Below are positions 37,683 to 49,384 of a DNA stretch of 64,000 bases, one piece after another (positions within the stretch are counted from its first letter, which is position 1; the number at the start of each line of letters is the position of its first letter). This DNA is from Desulfatiglandales bacterium. Lineage in GTDB: Bacteria > Desulfobacterota > DSM-4660 > Desulfatiglandales > Desulfatiglandaceae. Below the pieces are notes generated by a model, which saw only the letters and a program-made list of their open reading frames with translations, searched no databases and was not told the origin of the DNA. Location of the stretch: the NCBI GenBank assembly GCA_963662465.1, contig OY759599.1:5280001-5344000 (forward strand), in the 5' to 3' direction. The translations under genes were made by a program, and so were the position numbers.

Positions 37683-38519
37683 TTAGCTCAGGACAAACCG
37701 GTTACGGATAGCACCGATTCCTTCCACTGTACATTCCACCACGTTCCCCGGTTTAAGGGTGACGGGCGGGTCCATAAAAATGCCCACTCCCGCAGGCGTA
37801 CCGGTGGAAATGATGTCTCCCGGTTCCAGGGTAATATCGCAACTGATGTTTTCGATAATGGCGGGGATATCGAAAATCATATCCCGGGTATTGCCGTCCT
37901 GCATGATGTCACCGTCAACAGTCGCGGTCAAACGCAGATTGCGGATATCGCCGACCTCATCGGGCGTGATGATCCAGGGTCCCATGGGGGCGAAAGTGTC
38001 GTATGATTTCCCTCGAAACCACTGTTTTTCCGCAAACTGCGCTTCCCGCCCGGAGACATCGTTCATCACGGTATACCCGGCAATGACGCTGAAAGCATCG
38101 GATCTGGAAACCCGTTTACACCGTTTTCCGATCACCAGGGCCAGTTCCACCTCCCAATCGATCTTCCCGCTCTCTTGAGGCATCAGAACCGGGTCTTCCG
38201 GACCATTCAGCGTGTTGGGCGTTTTACAGAAGATCAGGGGCGTCTCGGGTGCTTTCATATGCCCTTCTTTGGCATGCTCCATGTAATTTTTTCCGAGACA
38301 GATGATTTTGCCGGCGGCATGAATGGGGCAACCCAGACGCACCTTCATCGCCTCGCCCGGATGATCCACGGGGCGAAGCCTGTCCGGCCACCGGTCTTCA
38401 AAAAAAGCCGGCCCAATATCCGGAATTTCCGGAAAAAGCACCCTTAAATCAACAATGGCCCCGTCCTTCATGAGTCCGGGCCGCTCGCTTCCCTTTTCTC
38501 CAAACCGTATGAATCGCAA
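37683..38519 (-). CDS. Fumarylacetoacetate hydrolase family protein
   Basis: KIICLGKNY, DWEVEL, NDVSGR, GKSYDTF, TGTPAGVG. Confidence 0.93.
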   Translation of the reverse strand: MRFIRFGEKGSERPGLMKDGAIVDLRVLFPEIPDIGPAFFEDRWPDRLRPVDHPGEAMKVRLGCPIHAAGKIICLGKNYMEHAKEGHMKAPETPLIFCKTPNTLNGPEDPVLMPQESGKIDWEVELALVIGKRCKRVSRSDAFSVIAGYTVMNDVSGREAQFAEKQWFRGKSYDTFAPMGPWIITPDEVGDIRNLRLTATVDGDIMQDGNTRDMIFDIPAIIENISCDITLEPGDIISTGTPAGVGIFMDPPVTLKPGNVVECTVEGIGAIRNRFVLS

Positions 38520-38603
38520 TGGTATTCCTCCTTTTTTGTAAGACGAGACTCTTTACAACACAATGGATTATAATAAACGCCCTCATGCCAGGCTAAACAC
38601 AGA

Positions 38604-41600
38604 TTAATAATCATAATTCCAGTTAAAGCCGAGTCCCGCACCCGACTTGGTGCCGGCTTTGCTTTCAACCGAGAAGTTGGGGGTAATGTTGACATCTACA
38701 ATCACATCCTGTTTGTTGTCCGTAAGATCCTGCTCAACCCCCACATAGACCCGGTCAGTGACATACTTACCCAAAGTGACGCTGGGACCGTTGCCGGTAT
38801 CGCTGCCGTCATTGTTTTTCCCCTCCTGATCGCCGCCGCTGAAGTCCAGGCGATCCAGTCCCAGGAAGCTTCTCGTTTTGCCCATCACGTCCGGTCCGTA
38901 CCCCCCGGCCAGCTGGTTTACGGAATAGGCCATTTGAAGGGCCTGAAAGGTGTTCAATTTGGCCACGGACTGCCCAAAGAGGATCTGGGCCATAATCTCA
39001 TCCTGGGGCAATGGCGGCTGGGAAGACAACTTCAGTTTGAAAGCATCGGCGGGTCCCGTAACATCCACCTGAGCCGTAATCTCCCCGGCATTCACCTGCG
39101 TGTTGATGTTCAAATAGGGCACGGGGGGCGTGGCGCCATCAAAGGCAATTTGTCCACTGGTGACTTTAAAGGTCCGGGAAAGGCAAAGAAAAGTACCCCG
39201 AACCACATTCAAAGACCCTCGAACCACCGGGTTATTGGCAGGTCCCCGCACGGTCAGTCGGCCTTTGAATTCCGCATCCAGCCCGCGACCTCGAACAAAG
39301 AATTTATCGGGAATATTGACGCCCAGGTTCATTTGAATCATGGTTACACCCCCTTTCTGTGGCGGTTTTTCCGATGACGCAACGGCAGGGTCATTGATGA
39401 TTGAAACGGGAATAACCGTTACATCCGGCGGAAACTGTTTGGGAATGGCAATTTCCGTCCGTTCCAGATTGATTTCGCCGGTCAAATCCATTCGATCCTT
39501 GTTCCCTTTGATATCCAGATTACCGCCGGTGGTAACGGTCAGGGTTTCCGTTCGAAGCAGGGTGACCTGTTCCATGGTCAAGGCAATTTCCGTTTGAAAA
39601 GGAGGATCGACGTCGGTTTGCCCCTTAAGAACGATAGACCCTGAATTCCCATCCGTGGCCGTCAATTGGGTCAGCTTCAATATTCGCCCTTCAGCATCAA
39701 AGCGTCCCTGAATACGGTCCAGGAGCACCCCCTGTTCAACATTTTCATACCGGCCGTCACTGATGGTCACCCCACCGTTCAATTCCCATTTTTCAAGGGC
39801 CCCCTCTGCCCCCATATCCACATCCACCTTACCCTTGAGGCTCTGACCGGTCATGGCCGGCAGTGCCTGCAAAACAGCCAGGTCAAACTTTCCCTGGAGC
39901 TTTCCTTCCAGTTTGCCGCTTTTGTTGATATCGAAGGCGAAAGGTTTTAGGGAAATGTGCGCCGGAATACTGCCGCCGGCCGTAAACGGGGTTTTGCCCA
40001 GACCCGACAATTCCAGATCCGCCAGAAGGCGGTCTCCTTCCCGCCTGGAATGGAGTTTCACATTCATGAGCAGGGGCCGGGTTTCGTTTGGACCCATGAT
40101 ATTGTATTCCTTGATATGAACCGCCACATTCACCCCCGGGTCCGAAAGAGGCCCGGAAAGTTCAAGACTAACCACAGCCGTGCCAGTCAAATCTTCACCC
40201 AAAAAGGGTTCCAGAAGGGATAGGGGCAGATCGCTAATGCGAACCGAGGCCTTCACATTTTCCCGGTCCAGTTCACCCATGGCCCGAAGTTGCCCCTTGT
40301 CCGTTTTCAAGTGAAGATCGTCCAGCGCAATCCCCCCATCATCAGACAGGGTTACCGTGGCGGGTTTTTCCAACGTAACCTTCAGATCTTCATACCCCCC
40401 TTTCAGCGCATCCAACCGAATCTGCCAGAGATCCGTTCGCTTCACCCCTATCCCGGCAATCAAAAAAAGGGGCGCCTCGGTGGCGGTTTTGGTGATGCCT
40501 TTGGTGTCCAAGGTAATTTCCGCGTCAGCAAGACTGCCCGTTGCCCTCAAATTGAACGTCTCGATTCGCGAACTTCCCAGAGGCATATCCGTTGCTTTCA
40601 AGCTCACCCGTCCCCGCATTGCCTTCATATCGTCAACCCGGGCGCTGACCTGAACAGCGGATGCCCCATACGCCTCATATTTCAGGTCTTTGAATTCGGC
40701 CTCCAGCGTAATGGGAGACTGGACCTCCGCCTTCTGTCCCTCCGCTGCTATCCGAAAACGACCCGTCCCACGCGCATCCACGCCAACCAGGTCCCGAAGA
40801 ATGTCCATGGAAGCGATCTCACCCTCAACTGTACCGGAAAAAAGGTTAGGGCCGGGGATCAGAGAGAGCGATGCCCGCATATCAATCCCCGGAAAGCGGA
40901 CGTTGGTCTTTCGGATAGACAAGGTTTCCCGAACCCAGGCAAAATCCGAATTCAGTTCCAGGGGTTGATCTTTGGCAACTCCCTTCACCCGTACGGTTCC
41001 CGCGGGCTTTTGCGGCAACCCTTTTGCTTCCAGTTGCACGTTGAGCCTTTTAACATCAAAGGTTTTAAGCCGAAGGGCCTTGGAGGACAGATTCACTTTA
41101 GCGGAAAAGTTCTGAAAATCGCCCGAAATTCCCCCCCGGCTCTCCACCTGCCCCACAGGCAGGTTTCCCTCACTGGACAGCGGGTTTCCGGCATGATCCA
41201 GGGACAGGTTATAGGCCACGTCAAAGGCGCTCTTTGTCAAATTCAACCAGCCATCCGCCTTCAATTGGACATGTTTCCCTTTCAGATGAGCGCTTTCAAG
41301 GGTCACCATCCGGTCCTTTCCCATGGCGGCGCGTACAGCCAATGTCAACTTCGACCCGATGAGATCCGATGCCTCTTGGGGCAAACCGCTGAGCCGGAAT
41401 ACCGCCACATCCAGATTCCCCTTAACCGCGCTTTTGTCATCGCTCTCCGCATGGCCGCGAATCTCCAAGCGACCATCCATGGGCGACGCTTGGGAAGGCG
41501 GCAGGAGGGCGGCAATGCGATCCGCCTGCAACTGGAGGTCCCCGGAAAAACACCCCAGCACCGCATCAAAAGCGCCCCTTTCCACGCGGATGTTTATACC

Positions 41601-43028
41601 CGGCAGGGTCATGTGAAGGTCTTTTACCCGCCACGCCGCAAAATCGGGACTCCGGGCCTGAAGGTCCACATTGAGGGGTCCCTGAAGGCCAGGGGCTTGC
41701 CGGGTGTAAACTTCCCGAATCTTCAAACCCACAACGGTATCTTTCAACCCTTTAAACCCCGGCTCAAACAATGTCCGGGTCTCAAGGGTCATGCCTGTAA
41801 AGCTTGCACCCTGAGCTTCGATTTTCCCTGCCGCGGCGGCGATTGCGACATCGGGCTGCATGAAAGGACCCTTAGCCGTGATCCGCACGGGGCCCAAATC
41901 CTGAATCGAAACCCCGGTCCCCTTCAGAAGGGCCGCGATATTCACACCGGAAACCAACCCCCGCATATCCATGCGCTTTTTATTGATATCGGCATTCCCT
42001 TCCAGGGAAATGGCACTTTTCCCATTCCTGATCATAAATTCCTTCAGATCAAGCATATTTTGAGATGAAAGGGCCGCCCGGCATGTCAAATCAAAGATCA
42101 GGGAATCCATGACCTGAACAGCCGCTGTGGGCACAATCCGACGTTCAGCCTGAATTTGTCCGTCAATTTCAAGATTCATTGGGTGGGTGATCCCCAACCC
42201 ATAACGAAAGTCGGCTTTACCGTAACCACCCATGTTCAGATTCAGGGATCCCTTCAACCCGGAAAGGGGGCCGTCGGCCTTCAGGAGCAGCTCGATGTTT
42301 TGAATATCTTTAAGTCCGGCAAGCCCCGCTACCAGACCACCCGCGGATTCATGATAATCCAGATCCGCAACCACATGCTCACTGGCCATATCGTAGGCAG
42401 CCTTCAGGTGAAATGCATCATCCCCATGGTTGAGATCCGTTAAAGACGCATCCAGGTTCACCTGACTGCCGTCGGTTTTCACCCTGGACTGGAGCCTGAA
42501 AGCCATTGATTTCCCAGCCACCCCTTCCCCCAGATCAATCCGATTGAGCTGAATTTCCTGAACCCTGATATGGGGCAATGAAAACGGTCCAGGTTTCGCG
42601 GTCGAATCTTCTTTTTTCGCGTCCAATTTAGCGGGGGCGGGCAATCGAGAAAGCGAAAGCGTTTTCATTCGAAGCCAATCCACCTGGATCGCACCTGAAA
42701 GCAACTGGGCGGCTTTCATGGAAAAATCAAAATTTTTAACCTCAAGCCAGGGGCCTTTAGCATCTGATAGGGTCACCTGGTCCACGGTAATGGAAAACGG
42801 GAGCAGCCCGCCAAGCCCCCGAAGCGTTACCCGATAATCGCCCGTGTTTGCAGTGAGGGATGACGCCAGACCCTCCAACCGCATTTTAGCCCAGGGCGTC
42901 TGAAGCCCGGCCCAGAGCAACCCGATCAGACCCATAAGACAAACTACCATCAGCAGTGCCCACTTGACCATTCGGCGCCACAAGGGACGCTTCATTTTAC
43001 CGACTATCTTCTTATCTGTGTTTGACAT
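38604..43028 (-). CDS. tamB: Translocation/assembly module TamB (DUF490)
   Basis: N-terminal TM, long beta-taco region, RGRGLDAEF, LSSQPPLPQDEI..LFG, GKYVTDRVYV; start probably 43028 or later. Confidence 0.88.
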   Translation of the reverse strand: MSNTDKKIVGKMKRPLWRRMVKWALLMVVCLMGLIGLLWAGLQTPWAKMRLEGLASSLTANTGDYRVTLRGLGGLLPFSITVDQVTLSDAKGPWLEVKNFDFSMKAAQLLSGAIQVDWLRMKTLSLSRLPAPAKLDAKKEDSTAKPGPFSLPHIRVQEIQLNRIDLGEGVAGKSMAFRLQSRVKTDGSQVNLDASLTDLNHGDDAFHLKAAYDMASEHVVADLDYHESAGGLVAGLAGLKDIQNIELLLKADGPLSGLKGSLNLNMGGYGKADFRYGLGITHPMNLEIDGQIQAERRIVPTAAVQVMDSLIFDLTCRAALSSQNMLDLKEFMIRNGKSAISLEGNADINKKRMDMRGLVSGVNIAALLKGTGVSIQDLGPVRITAKGPFMQPDVAIAAAAGKIEAQGASFTGMTLETRTLFEPGFKGLKDTVVGLKIREVYTRQAPGLQGPLNVDLQARSPDFAAWRVKDLHMTLPGINIRVERGAFDAVLGCFSGDLQLQADRIAALLPPSQASPMDGRLEIRGHAESDDKSAVKGNLDVAVFRLSGLPQEASDLIGSKLTLAVRAAMGKDRMVTLESAHLKGKHVQLKADGWLNLTKSAFDVAYNLSLDHAGNPLSSEGNLPVGQVESRGGISGDFQNFSAKVNLSSKALRLKTFDVKRLNVQLEAKGLPQKPAGTVRVKGVAKDQPLELNSDFAWVRETLSIRKTNVRFPGIDMRASLSLIPGPNLFSGTVEGEIASMDILRDLVGVDARGTGRFRIAAEGQKAEVQSPITLEAEFKDLKYEAYGASAVQVSARVDDMKAMRGRVSLKATDMPLGSSRIETFNLRATGSLADAEITLDTKGITKTATEAPLFLIAGIGVKRTDLWQIRLDALKGGYEDLKVTLEKPATVTLSDDGGIALDDLHLKTDKGQLRAMGELDRENVKASVRISDLPLSLLEPFLGEDLTGTAVVSLELSGPLSDPGVNVAVHIKEYNIMGPNETRPLLMNVKLHSRREGDRLLADLELSGLGKTPFTAGGSIPAHISLKPFAFDINKSGKLEGKLQGKFDLAVLQALPAMTGQSLKGKVDVDMGAEGALEKWELNGGVTISDGRYENVEQGVLLDRIQGRFDAEGRILKLTQLTATDGNSGSIVLKGQTDVDPPFQTEIALTMEQVTLLRTETLTVTTGGNLDIKGNKDRMDLTGEINLERTEIAIPKQFPPDVTVIPVSIINDPAVASSEKPPQKGGVTMIQMNLGVNIPDKFFVRGRGLDAEFKGRLTVRGPANNPVVRGSLNVVRGTFLCLSRTFKVTSGQIAFDGATPPVPYLNINTQVNAGEITAQVDVTGPADAFKLKLSSQPPLPQDEIMAQILFGQSVAKLNTFQALQMAYSVNQLAGGYGPDVMGKTRSFLGLDRLDFSGGDQEGKNNDGSDTGNGPSVTLGKYVTDRVYVGVEQDLTDNKQDVIVDVNITPNFSVESKAGTKSGAGLGFNWNYDY

Positions 43029-43042
43029 TTTTTTGAACCGCG

Positions 43043-43127
43043 GAATATCGAACAAGGAATATCGAATTATGAAGTGTTCCAATCACTTCTACAGTTCTAC
43101 ATTCCTTGTTCGATATTCAATATTCGT
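43043..43127. repeat. Heptamer-periodic hairpin (GAATATC family) between tamA and tamB
   Basis: Perfect 18-bp IR GAATATCGAACAAGGAAT (43043-43060) / ATTCCTTGTTCGATATTC (43101-43118). Confidence 0.85.
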
Positions 43128-43143
43128 TTTTAAAAATTCTAAA

Positions 43144-45147
43144 TCAAAAAGACTGCCCGATACTCACATAAATCTGGTAATCACTGTCCACGCCCTCTCG
43201 TTTTTTGAGAGGAACCGCCACATCCAGCCGAACAGGACCGATGGCAGTGTAATACCTGAGTCCCAAACCCGCGCCGTAAAGCATGTCCTGCTCGCCGAAA
43301 TCAGGAACCGTATCCAGGAATGCCGTTCCCGCATCCAGAAAGGGGACTACGCCGATGGACTCGGTGACCTTAAACCGCAGTTCCAGGGAAGTGGTTAGAA
43401 CGGATAGGCCCCCAAGTGGGGTATTTCCCTGCAACGGCCCAGCCATCTGATAACCATACCCTCGAATGGAACCGCCTCCCCCCGCATAGAATCGAAGGTC
43501 CGCCGGCATATTATCGTGATCGATGCCGAAAATCTGGCCGAATGCAGCGCGAAGCGCCACCACCACCCAGTCGCCGGTATTGAAATTATAATAGGTACTC
43601 CCCCCGAGAATGTAGCGGAAAAAGCGAATATCCCGATCATCGATATCCTGGTAAGGGGCCATTCCCAGGGAAAGATGGAACCCTTGAATGGGATTCAGGA
43701 TGTTTTTTCGTGTGTCCAGATCCGCGGTAAGAGGCACATAGAACAACTGGTAGGTATTGCGTTCATTATTGGCGTTTTCCTTGACCCGGGCCAGGTGAAA
43801 ACCCAACCCCCCGCCCGCGCTGAAGGTTTTGGTAAATTGCTGTTTAAGGATAGTCGTAACATCCCCTGAAGTGGAGTTGTAAGCGTCAGTGGTTTCATCA
43901 TTCAATGCAATCTGGGCAATAAAGGTGTTGTCCCGGTTCAAAAACATGGGTTTTTCAAAACGAAGGGCCGCGGTTCTGGTTTCGCCGTTCACAATAGCGC
44001 TGGCGGTTAATTTTTCGGCCATGCCGAAAAGGTTTCGATGGGTCCAGCTCGCATTAACGCCGGGGCCATAATCCGTTGTATACTCCAGGCCCAGGCGTAT
44101 GGTTCGGGGGGCGCGCTCCTTCAGTTCAACGGTCATGGGCAACCGGCCTTCGGCATTCACTGCTTCCGGTTTTTGAAACGCAACAACACCGAACAGATTG
44201 GTATCAAAAAGCGTTTGACGCGCCTTTTTGGTCAAACGAATGTCATAGGGTTCACCCTCTTTCCAGGGGATTAGGGCATCCACATATCGTGGCTCAAGGC
44301 GCGTTAAACCGCTCACCCGGGTGGCGCCGAAGCGTGCATAGGACCCCGGCAAAACCTGAAACAAGACATCCACCTGATTGGTTTTGAAATCAGCGATCAC
44401 CTCGCGCCGCGCGATTTTCGGAAAAGGATACCCGTTTTCCCGGTATCGGTTCAAGATAGCCTCCCCGGCCTTGACCACCAGGCTTGCGGCATAAGGGTCG
44501 CCGGCAACCAGTCCGACCTCAGCCGGCGTAGGGGGTGAAAGAACCTCCGAGGACGTGGGCGGCGCCAACACAATGCGTGGTTTAGAAAAAGTAAACCGAG
44601 GCCCCATATTCACTTCAAACCGCACGGTCGCCGGGCGCTTCGGCGAAGCCGGGATTAAGGCATCGCTTCCAGGATCATCCGCCCGGGGGGCGATTTGAAC
44701 ATCTGTTTCGGCAACATCCGCAATTTCCGGGGAATTCACCTGAAATTTTATCGTTCCTCGAAAATAGCCGAATGACCGCAGCACCTTTTGCATTTCCGGA
44801 AGATCACCCTCGCAGCGACGTTTGAGCATTGCCAGGCTCTTTGGCGGGTCATTTTCCTTTTGAACGGCTTGGGAGACTTCCCCGATCAGCTTCTGAATCG
44901 GACTGCTTTCCAACCCTTTTCCTATTATTTCAACATGATAGGGAACGCCGGTCCCCGCGGGTCCTGCCAGCGAGAACGCTGGAAACCCCAACAGCAACAT
45001 CAGGCACAAGACCCCTAAAAACGGACGACAGATGACGGACGACAAACGACGGACGATAGATGACGGACGACAAACCTCTGCCCTCTGTCCTCTGACTTCT
45101 GCCCTCTGCCCTCTGACCTCCGACCTCCGAACTCTGACCTCCGTCAT
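43144..45147 (-). CDS. tamA: Omp85-family TamA
   Basis: POTRA-like region, RFYAGGGGSIRGY, GPVRLDVA, YVSIGQSF end; start tentatively ATG 45147. Confidence 0.9.
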   Translation of the reverse strand: MTEVRVRRSEVRGQRAEVRGQRAEVCRPSSIVRRLSSVICRPFLGVLCLMLLLGFPAFSLAGPAGTGVPYHVEIIGKGLESSPIQKLIGEVSQAVQKENDPPKSLAMLKRRCEGDLPEMQKVLRSFGYFRGTIKFQVNSPEIADVAETDVQIAPRADDPGSDALIPASPKRPATVRFEVNMGPRFTFSKPRIVLAPPTSSEVLSPPTPAEVGLVAGDPYAASLVVKAGEAILNRYRENGYPFPKIARREVIADFKTNQVDVLFQVLPGSYARFGATRVSGLTRLEPRYVDALIPWKEGEPYDIRLTKKARQTLFDTNLFGVVAFQKPEAVNAEGRLPMTVELKERAPRTIRLGLEYTTDYGPGVNASWTHRNLFGMAEKLTASAIVNGETRTAALRFEKPMFLNRDNTFIAQIALNDETTDAYNSTSGDVTTILKQQFTKTFSAGGGLGFHLARVKENANNERNTYQLFYVPLTADLDTRKNILNPIQGFHLSLGMAPYQDIDDRDIRFFRYILGGSTYYNFNTGDWVVVALRAAFGQIFGIDHDNMPADLRFYAGGGGSIRGYGYQMAGPLQGNTPLGGLSVLTTSLELRFKVTESIGVVPFLDAGTAFLDTVPDFGEQDMLYGAGLGLRYYTAIGPVRLDVAVPLKKREGVDSDYQIYVSIGQSF

Positions 45148-45165
45148 CTGACCTCCGTCATCTGT
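45021..45165. repeat. About 21-unit heptamer array in two inverted blocks
   Basis: 45021-45074 (ACGGACG/ACAGATG units) and 45075-45165 (13 units of CCTCTGN/CCTCCGN/CATCTGN); the two blocks are partly complementary. Confidence 0.9.
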
Positions 45166-47686
45166 CCCCGGATACTTTCGAAAGAAATGAATTGACATCA
45201 ACCCCATCGAAACCGACCCTCACGGTAACCGCCCCAAACCCGGAAATACAAATGGTTTTGCACCCTATTCGATCGAGTCGCGCTAAGACCTCGGGGTGTG
45301 GAAAACGACCGAAGCGATCCTCACCCGAAGAAATAACGCATAATCGGGGGGTCACCATTTCAAGAAAGGCCTCGGAACTGGAAGTCCGGCTTCCATGGTG
45401 GGGCGAAAGCAGAATATCGCTCTTGATGCGGGCGCCGGCACAGGCCAGCAAACTCTTTTCTCCGGGTTCTTCCAGGTCGCCGGGAAACAAAATGGATACC
45501 CCGCAAAAAGATATTCTAAGGACCATTGAACGATTATTCAATCTTTTTCCATCCCACAACGTCCGTACGGGCGAATGATCATTCCCCCCTTCCTCGGGTT
45601 CAGGATAAAGCACTTCGATTTGCGCACCATTAATCCAAATCTTTTCCTGAAGCTGTAAAGGAAGCTTTTTCAAGACGCCTCGTTTTTCCAAAATGGCCAT
45701 CAGGTCCTTGTAGCTTTGGGTTTTCACCTGGTCCCCGTTGGACCAGAATTCTTTCGGATGAAACGCCTCGGCAATGAAACGAAGACCATTCATATGATCG
45801 GCCTGGGGATGGCTCAATACCAGGTAATCGATGGTGCGGATCTTTCTGCGCCACAAATAAGGCGCAAGCACCATTTTGCCCATATCAAAATGACCACTAG
45901 GAAATCCCCCACCGTCAATCATCATTTTTTTTCCATTCGGGAAGGAAATAAGCGCCGCATTCCCTTTTCCCACATCCAGAAAAACCACTTCCAGATCCCG
46001 ATTGAACCAAACGCGATGGACCCAGAAGGCCACATCCATCATGATAAAAAGCAAAACCGCGGCCAACCCGAATTTCGCCCATCTCAAACGCCCGGCAAAA
46101 AATGCAAAAAAAGTGAAGGCGTAAAACAAGGCGATTTCAAAAAGGTTCGGCGTAACGGTCCAGATAGACGCCCAGGAAAGATTGGACCAGAACCTTATGA
46201 TGTCCATCATAATGTTCAGGCCAACAGCGCCGACATGAAGGAAAATCCCCGCCATCTCCACTGACAGGGGCAACGCCAAAACCGACAGAAGACCGAAAGG
46301 GAGGACCCACAGACCCAAAATCGGGATAGTGGTGAGGTTGGCCGGGATGGAGACCAGGGGAATACGATGAAAGTAGAAAGCGGTAATGGGCAGCAGAAAG
46401 TAAAGAGCGGACACGCTTACGGCCGCAAGGCCCATGAAATAAGTCAAAACAGACCTGAAGGGAACTTTTTTTTCGGATAAAGCAAATTTTCCATGACCCA
46501 TCTTGCTCAGAACGGCCGGCGTCAACCACAAAATGCCGATGACCGCTAAAAATGAAAGTTGAAAGGAGGGGGTGAAAATGGCCCCTGGATCCAGGAACAA
46601 AATCACCAGACCGGCAAGGGCAAGGGTAGACCAGATCTCTTTTTCCTTTCCCAGGATGAGGGATATCAAATACGCCAGGACCATGATCATGGCCCGCTGC
46701 GCCGAAACCTGCCCTCCCGCAAGGACGGTGTATCCAATCACGGGAAAACAGGTGAAAAAGGCGCACCATTTTCGAACATCCGTTAGGAGCAGCAACCGGT
46801 ATGAACGGGAAAGCCCGAATTTGAAAAGAAAAAAAGCGGCCCAGGCCACCAGTCCGATGTGCAATCCCGAGACGGCCAACAGGTGCCCCAGTCCCGATCG
46901 GTTAAAGATTTCTCGCAGGGATGGGTCAACCCCCTGTCGCTCTCCCAGTATCAGTGCCCGAAAAAGAGCCGCGTCAGGGTGATCGAGGGACGTCTCAAAA
47001 AACACTCTCACCGGCGCCTGCAGACGCTCAATCCACCCCCGCCAAAAGGGAAGCGCCCCCGGCCCCATGGGAACCATGCGCCGTCCGTCGCTCACGGCGG
47101 CGGCACATGTGAACCCTTTTAAGGCCATGGCTTTTTCGTAGTCGTAATGACCGGGATTTCGAAAACTTCTAAAGGTTTTCAACCGGGCGGGAAAACGAAT
47201 TTTTTCCCCGGGACAAAATGGCGTTGCGTTTCGATATACCGTGACAAGGATCTTTTCGTTGACGGGAAACATTTGATTTCCCCTAACAAGACCTTGCGCC
47301 AGCACTTTCATTCTCGCTTTGCCCGGAAAGCGTTTTTGGGGCGGTTCGAGGAGAACCCCCTGGAGGATGACGTTCCGGTGATCCATGGCCAGGGGCCGCA
47401 GTTGGGATGACAGGCGCTTTTCCGGGGCCAACAAGGCACCGGTCAGAAAAAAAACCGCCAGCAAAAGATAAGCTCGTGAACGTCCCGAATGAAAAAGAGC
47501 CGCCAGAAGGCAGAGGGAAATGACCAGCAGTATGGGCAACCCAAAGGCATGACCAGCGGGGAAAACGGGGTATGCCGTGAGAATGCCCCCGGCAAATGAA
47601 ACCAGGCAGGGAATTAAAGGGCGATTAAACAGCCGGTCCTTTTTCTCGCCGGATTTTGGCGCCCAGCCCCCTGAATTTGTCTTCAA
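45158..47686 (-). CDS. comEC: DNA uptake protein ComEC/Rec2
   Basis: [33 protein letters not shown] metallo-beta-lactamase domain; start uncertain. Confidence 0.93.
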   Translation of the reverse strand: MKTNSGGWAPKSGEKKDRLFNRPLIPCLVSFAGGILTAYPVFPAGHAFGLPILLVISLCLLAALFHSGRSRAYLLLAVFFLTGALLAPEKRLSSQLRPLAMDHRNVILQGVLLEPPQKRFPGKARMKVLAQGLVRGNQMFPVNEKILVTVYRNATPFCPGEKIRFPARLKTFRSFRNPGHYDYEKAMALKGFTCAAAVSDGRRMVPMGPGALPFWRGWIERLQAPVRVFFETSLDHPDAALFRALILGERQGVDPSLREIFNRSGLGHLLAVSGLHIGLVAWAAFFLFKFGLSRSYRLLLLTDVRKWCAFFTCFPVIGYTVLAGGQVSAQRAMIMVLAYLISLILGKEKEIWSTLALAGLVILFLDPGAIFTPSFQLSFLAVIGILWLTPAVLSKMGHGKFALSEKKVPFRSVLTYFMGLAAVSVSALYFLLPITAFYFHRIPLVSIPANLTTIPILGLWVLPFGLLSVLALPLSVEMAGIFLHVGAVGLNIMMDIIRFWSNLSWASIWTVTPNLFEIALFYAFTFFAFFAGRLRWAKFGLAAVLLFIMMDVAFWVHRVWFNRDLEVVFLDVGKGNAALISFPNGKKMMIDGGGFPSGHFDMGKMVLAPYLWRRKIRTIDYLVLSHPQADHMNGLRFIAEAFHPKEFWSNGDQVKTQSYKDLMAILEKRGVLKKLPLQLQEKIWINGAQIEVLYPEPEEGGNDHSPVRTLWDGKRLNNRSMVLRISFCGVSILFPGDLEEPGEKSLLACAGARIKSDILLSPHHGSRTSSSEAFLEMVTPRLCVISSGEDRFGRFPHPEVLARLDRIGCKTICISGFGAVTVRVGFDGVDVNSFLSKVSGDR

Positions 47687-48890
47687 TGGCCTCGTATCCC
47701 CTGTCCAAATGATAGATCCGATGCACTTCCGTGAGCCCTCCTTCCGCTACCAGCCCCGCCAGAATAAGGGATGCACTGGCCCTCAGATCCGTTGCCATGA
47801 CCGGCGCCGAGAGCAGTCTTTCCCGGCCCTTTACCAGGGCCTGGTTTCCGTTGATTTCAATGTCGGCGCCGAGACGTCTGAGCTCGCTCACATGGATAAA
47901 CCGGTTTTCAAATACCGTTTCCCTGAACATGCTCCATCCCTTGGCCACGCTCATGAGCGCCATGAACTGGGCCTGAAGATCCGTGGCAAACCCTGGAAAG
48001 GGCATGGTTTTGATATCGACGCTTTCAATAGACTCGGGGCCTCGAACACGAATGGCCCCATCCTCTTGGGTAATCACAGCGCCGGTCTGCCGGAGCTTGT
48101 CCGTCAGCGCCGTGAGATGTTCGGGTCTGCATCCGTTGATATGAACATCCCCGCCGGTCATTGCCGCCGCAATCATAAAAGTGCCCGCTTCAATTCTGTC
48201 GGGAATAATGGCGTGTTCGCAAGGATTGAGATGAGCCACCCCATGAATCACGATGGTGTCGGTCCCGGCGCCCTCGATGTCAGCGCCCATGGCGCACAGC
48301 ATTTGCGCCAAATCTTTGATTTCCGGCTCATTGGCGGCATTGCGCAGCGTCGTGGTTCCTTCAGCGGTAACAGCCGCCATCAAGATGTTTTCCGTGCCGG
48401 TTACGGTGGGAATATCGAAAAAAATGTCGGCGCCGGTGAGGCGTTTTGCCCGGGCGTTGATGTAGCCATGTTCCAGATGGATGTCCGCTCCCATGGAAAC
48501 CAGGGCCTTCAAATGCAGATTCACGGGACGCGCGCCGATGGCGCAGCCGCCGGGAAGGGATATCTTAGCCCTTCCCAGGCGCGCAAGCAGTGGACCCAAC
48601 AGGAGAATCGATGCCCGCATGGTCTTGACCAACTCATAGGGCGCTTCATGGGCGGTAAGGTTGTCGGAATTAACATCCAGAACATCTCCGGTTTCCCTGA
48701 AAACCGTTCCCAGTTTTTCCATGATGCATTTGATGGTGCGGATGTCCCTGAGATGGGGCATTCCGCGAAGACGATGCCGGCCCCCGGTCAAAAGACACGC
48801 CGCAATGGCGGGAAGCGCCGCGTTTTTAGCGCCGCTGATGTTGACAACCCCTTTTAGGGGATAACCGCCTTCGATGACAATTTTATCCAT
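47625..48890 (-). CDS. murA: UDP-N-acetylglucosamine 1-carboxyvinyltransferase
   Basis: [33 protein letters not shown]. Confidence 0.97.
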   Translation of the reverse strand: MDKIVIEGGYPLKGVVNISGAKNAALPAIAACLLTGGRHRLRGMPHLRDIRTIKCIMEKLGTVFRETGDVLDVNSDNLTAHEAPYELVKTMRASILLLGPLLARLGRAKISLPGGCAIGARPVNLHLKALVSMGADIHLEHGYINARAKRLTGADIFFDIPTVTGTENILMAAVTAEGTTTLRNAANEPEIKDLAQMLCAMGADIEGAGTDTIVIHGVAHLNPCEHAIIPDRIEAGTFMIAAAMTGGDVHINGCRPEHLTALTDKLRQTGAVITQEDGAIRVRGPESIESVDIKTMPFPGFATDLQAQFMALMSVAKGWSMFRETVFENRFIHVSELRRLGADIEINGNQALVKGRERLLSAPVMATDLRASASLILAGLVAEGGLTEVHRIYHLDRGYEAIEDKFRGLGAKIRREKGPAV

Positions 48891-48949
48891 TATGTTTCCG
48901 TTATCCAACGTTAAGCTAACCGGAACTCTTTTGCGTCCGAGTTCAACAC

Positions 48950-49384
48950 CTAGCCCTGTTTATTGCGGTTTTTCTTTTTTTTGTAAGGCAATTTCAATTG
49001 TTCAATTTCATCTTCGACATCTTCAAATTCAGGGTCTTTATGAACCAATATAGCATTTTTATATTTTGCCAATCCAGCGATACAACAATCTGCGAAGGAC
49101 ATAGACTTGGAAGCCTTAAAATTTCCTATTATTTTAACAAGATGACTTGTCAAAGATTCCTGCATAACTGGAATATTTTCAAGAAGATCAAGACGTTCTT
49201 CGGCAATGTCTTTACCTTGCTCACGTAAAGAAATATAATAAAGCTCAATTAGCGAAACAGTTGAAATGAAAATTTTATTTTCGTATTCAAGTGATTTTTT
49301 TAAAAGATTTTCAACTATTTCTATACCTTCTTCATTTTCTATAAATGTTAAAAGAGCTGATGTGTCAAAAACATATTCTTTCAT
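48950..49384 (-). CDS. PIN-domain (VapC-like) toxin
   Basis: [25 protein letters not shown]-rich. Confidence 0.9.
   Translation of the reverse strand: MKEYVFDTSALLTFIENEEGIEIVENLLKKSLEYENKIFISTVSLIELYYISLREQGKDIAEERLDLLENIPVMQESLTSHLVKIIGNFKASKSMSFADCCIAGLAKYKNAILVHKDPEFEDVEDEIEQLKLPYKKKKNRNKQG

Noticed and set aside
40290..42068. 592-aa plus-strand ORF (also 47577-48857 and 50272-51099)
   Set aside because: Antisense shadows of tamB, murA and the lipoprotein gene.
45021..45165. CRISPR array
   Set aside because: Contiguous 7-bp units with no unique spacers; no cas genes or repeat-spacer pattern seen anywhere in the window.
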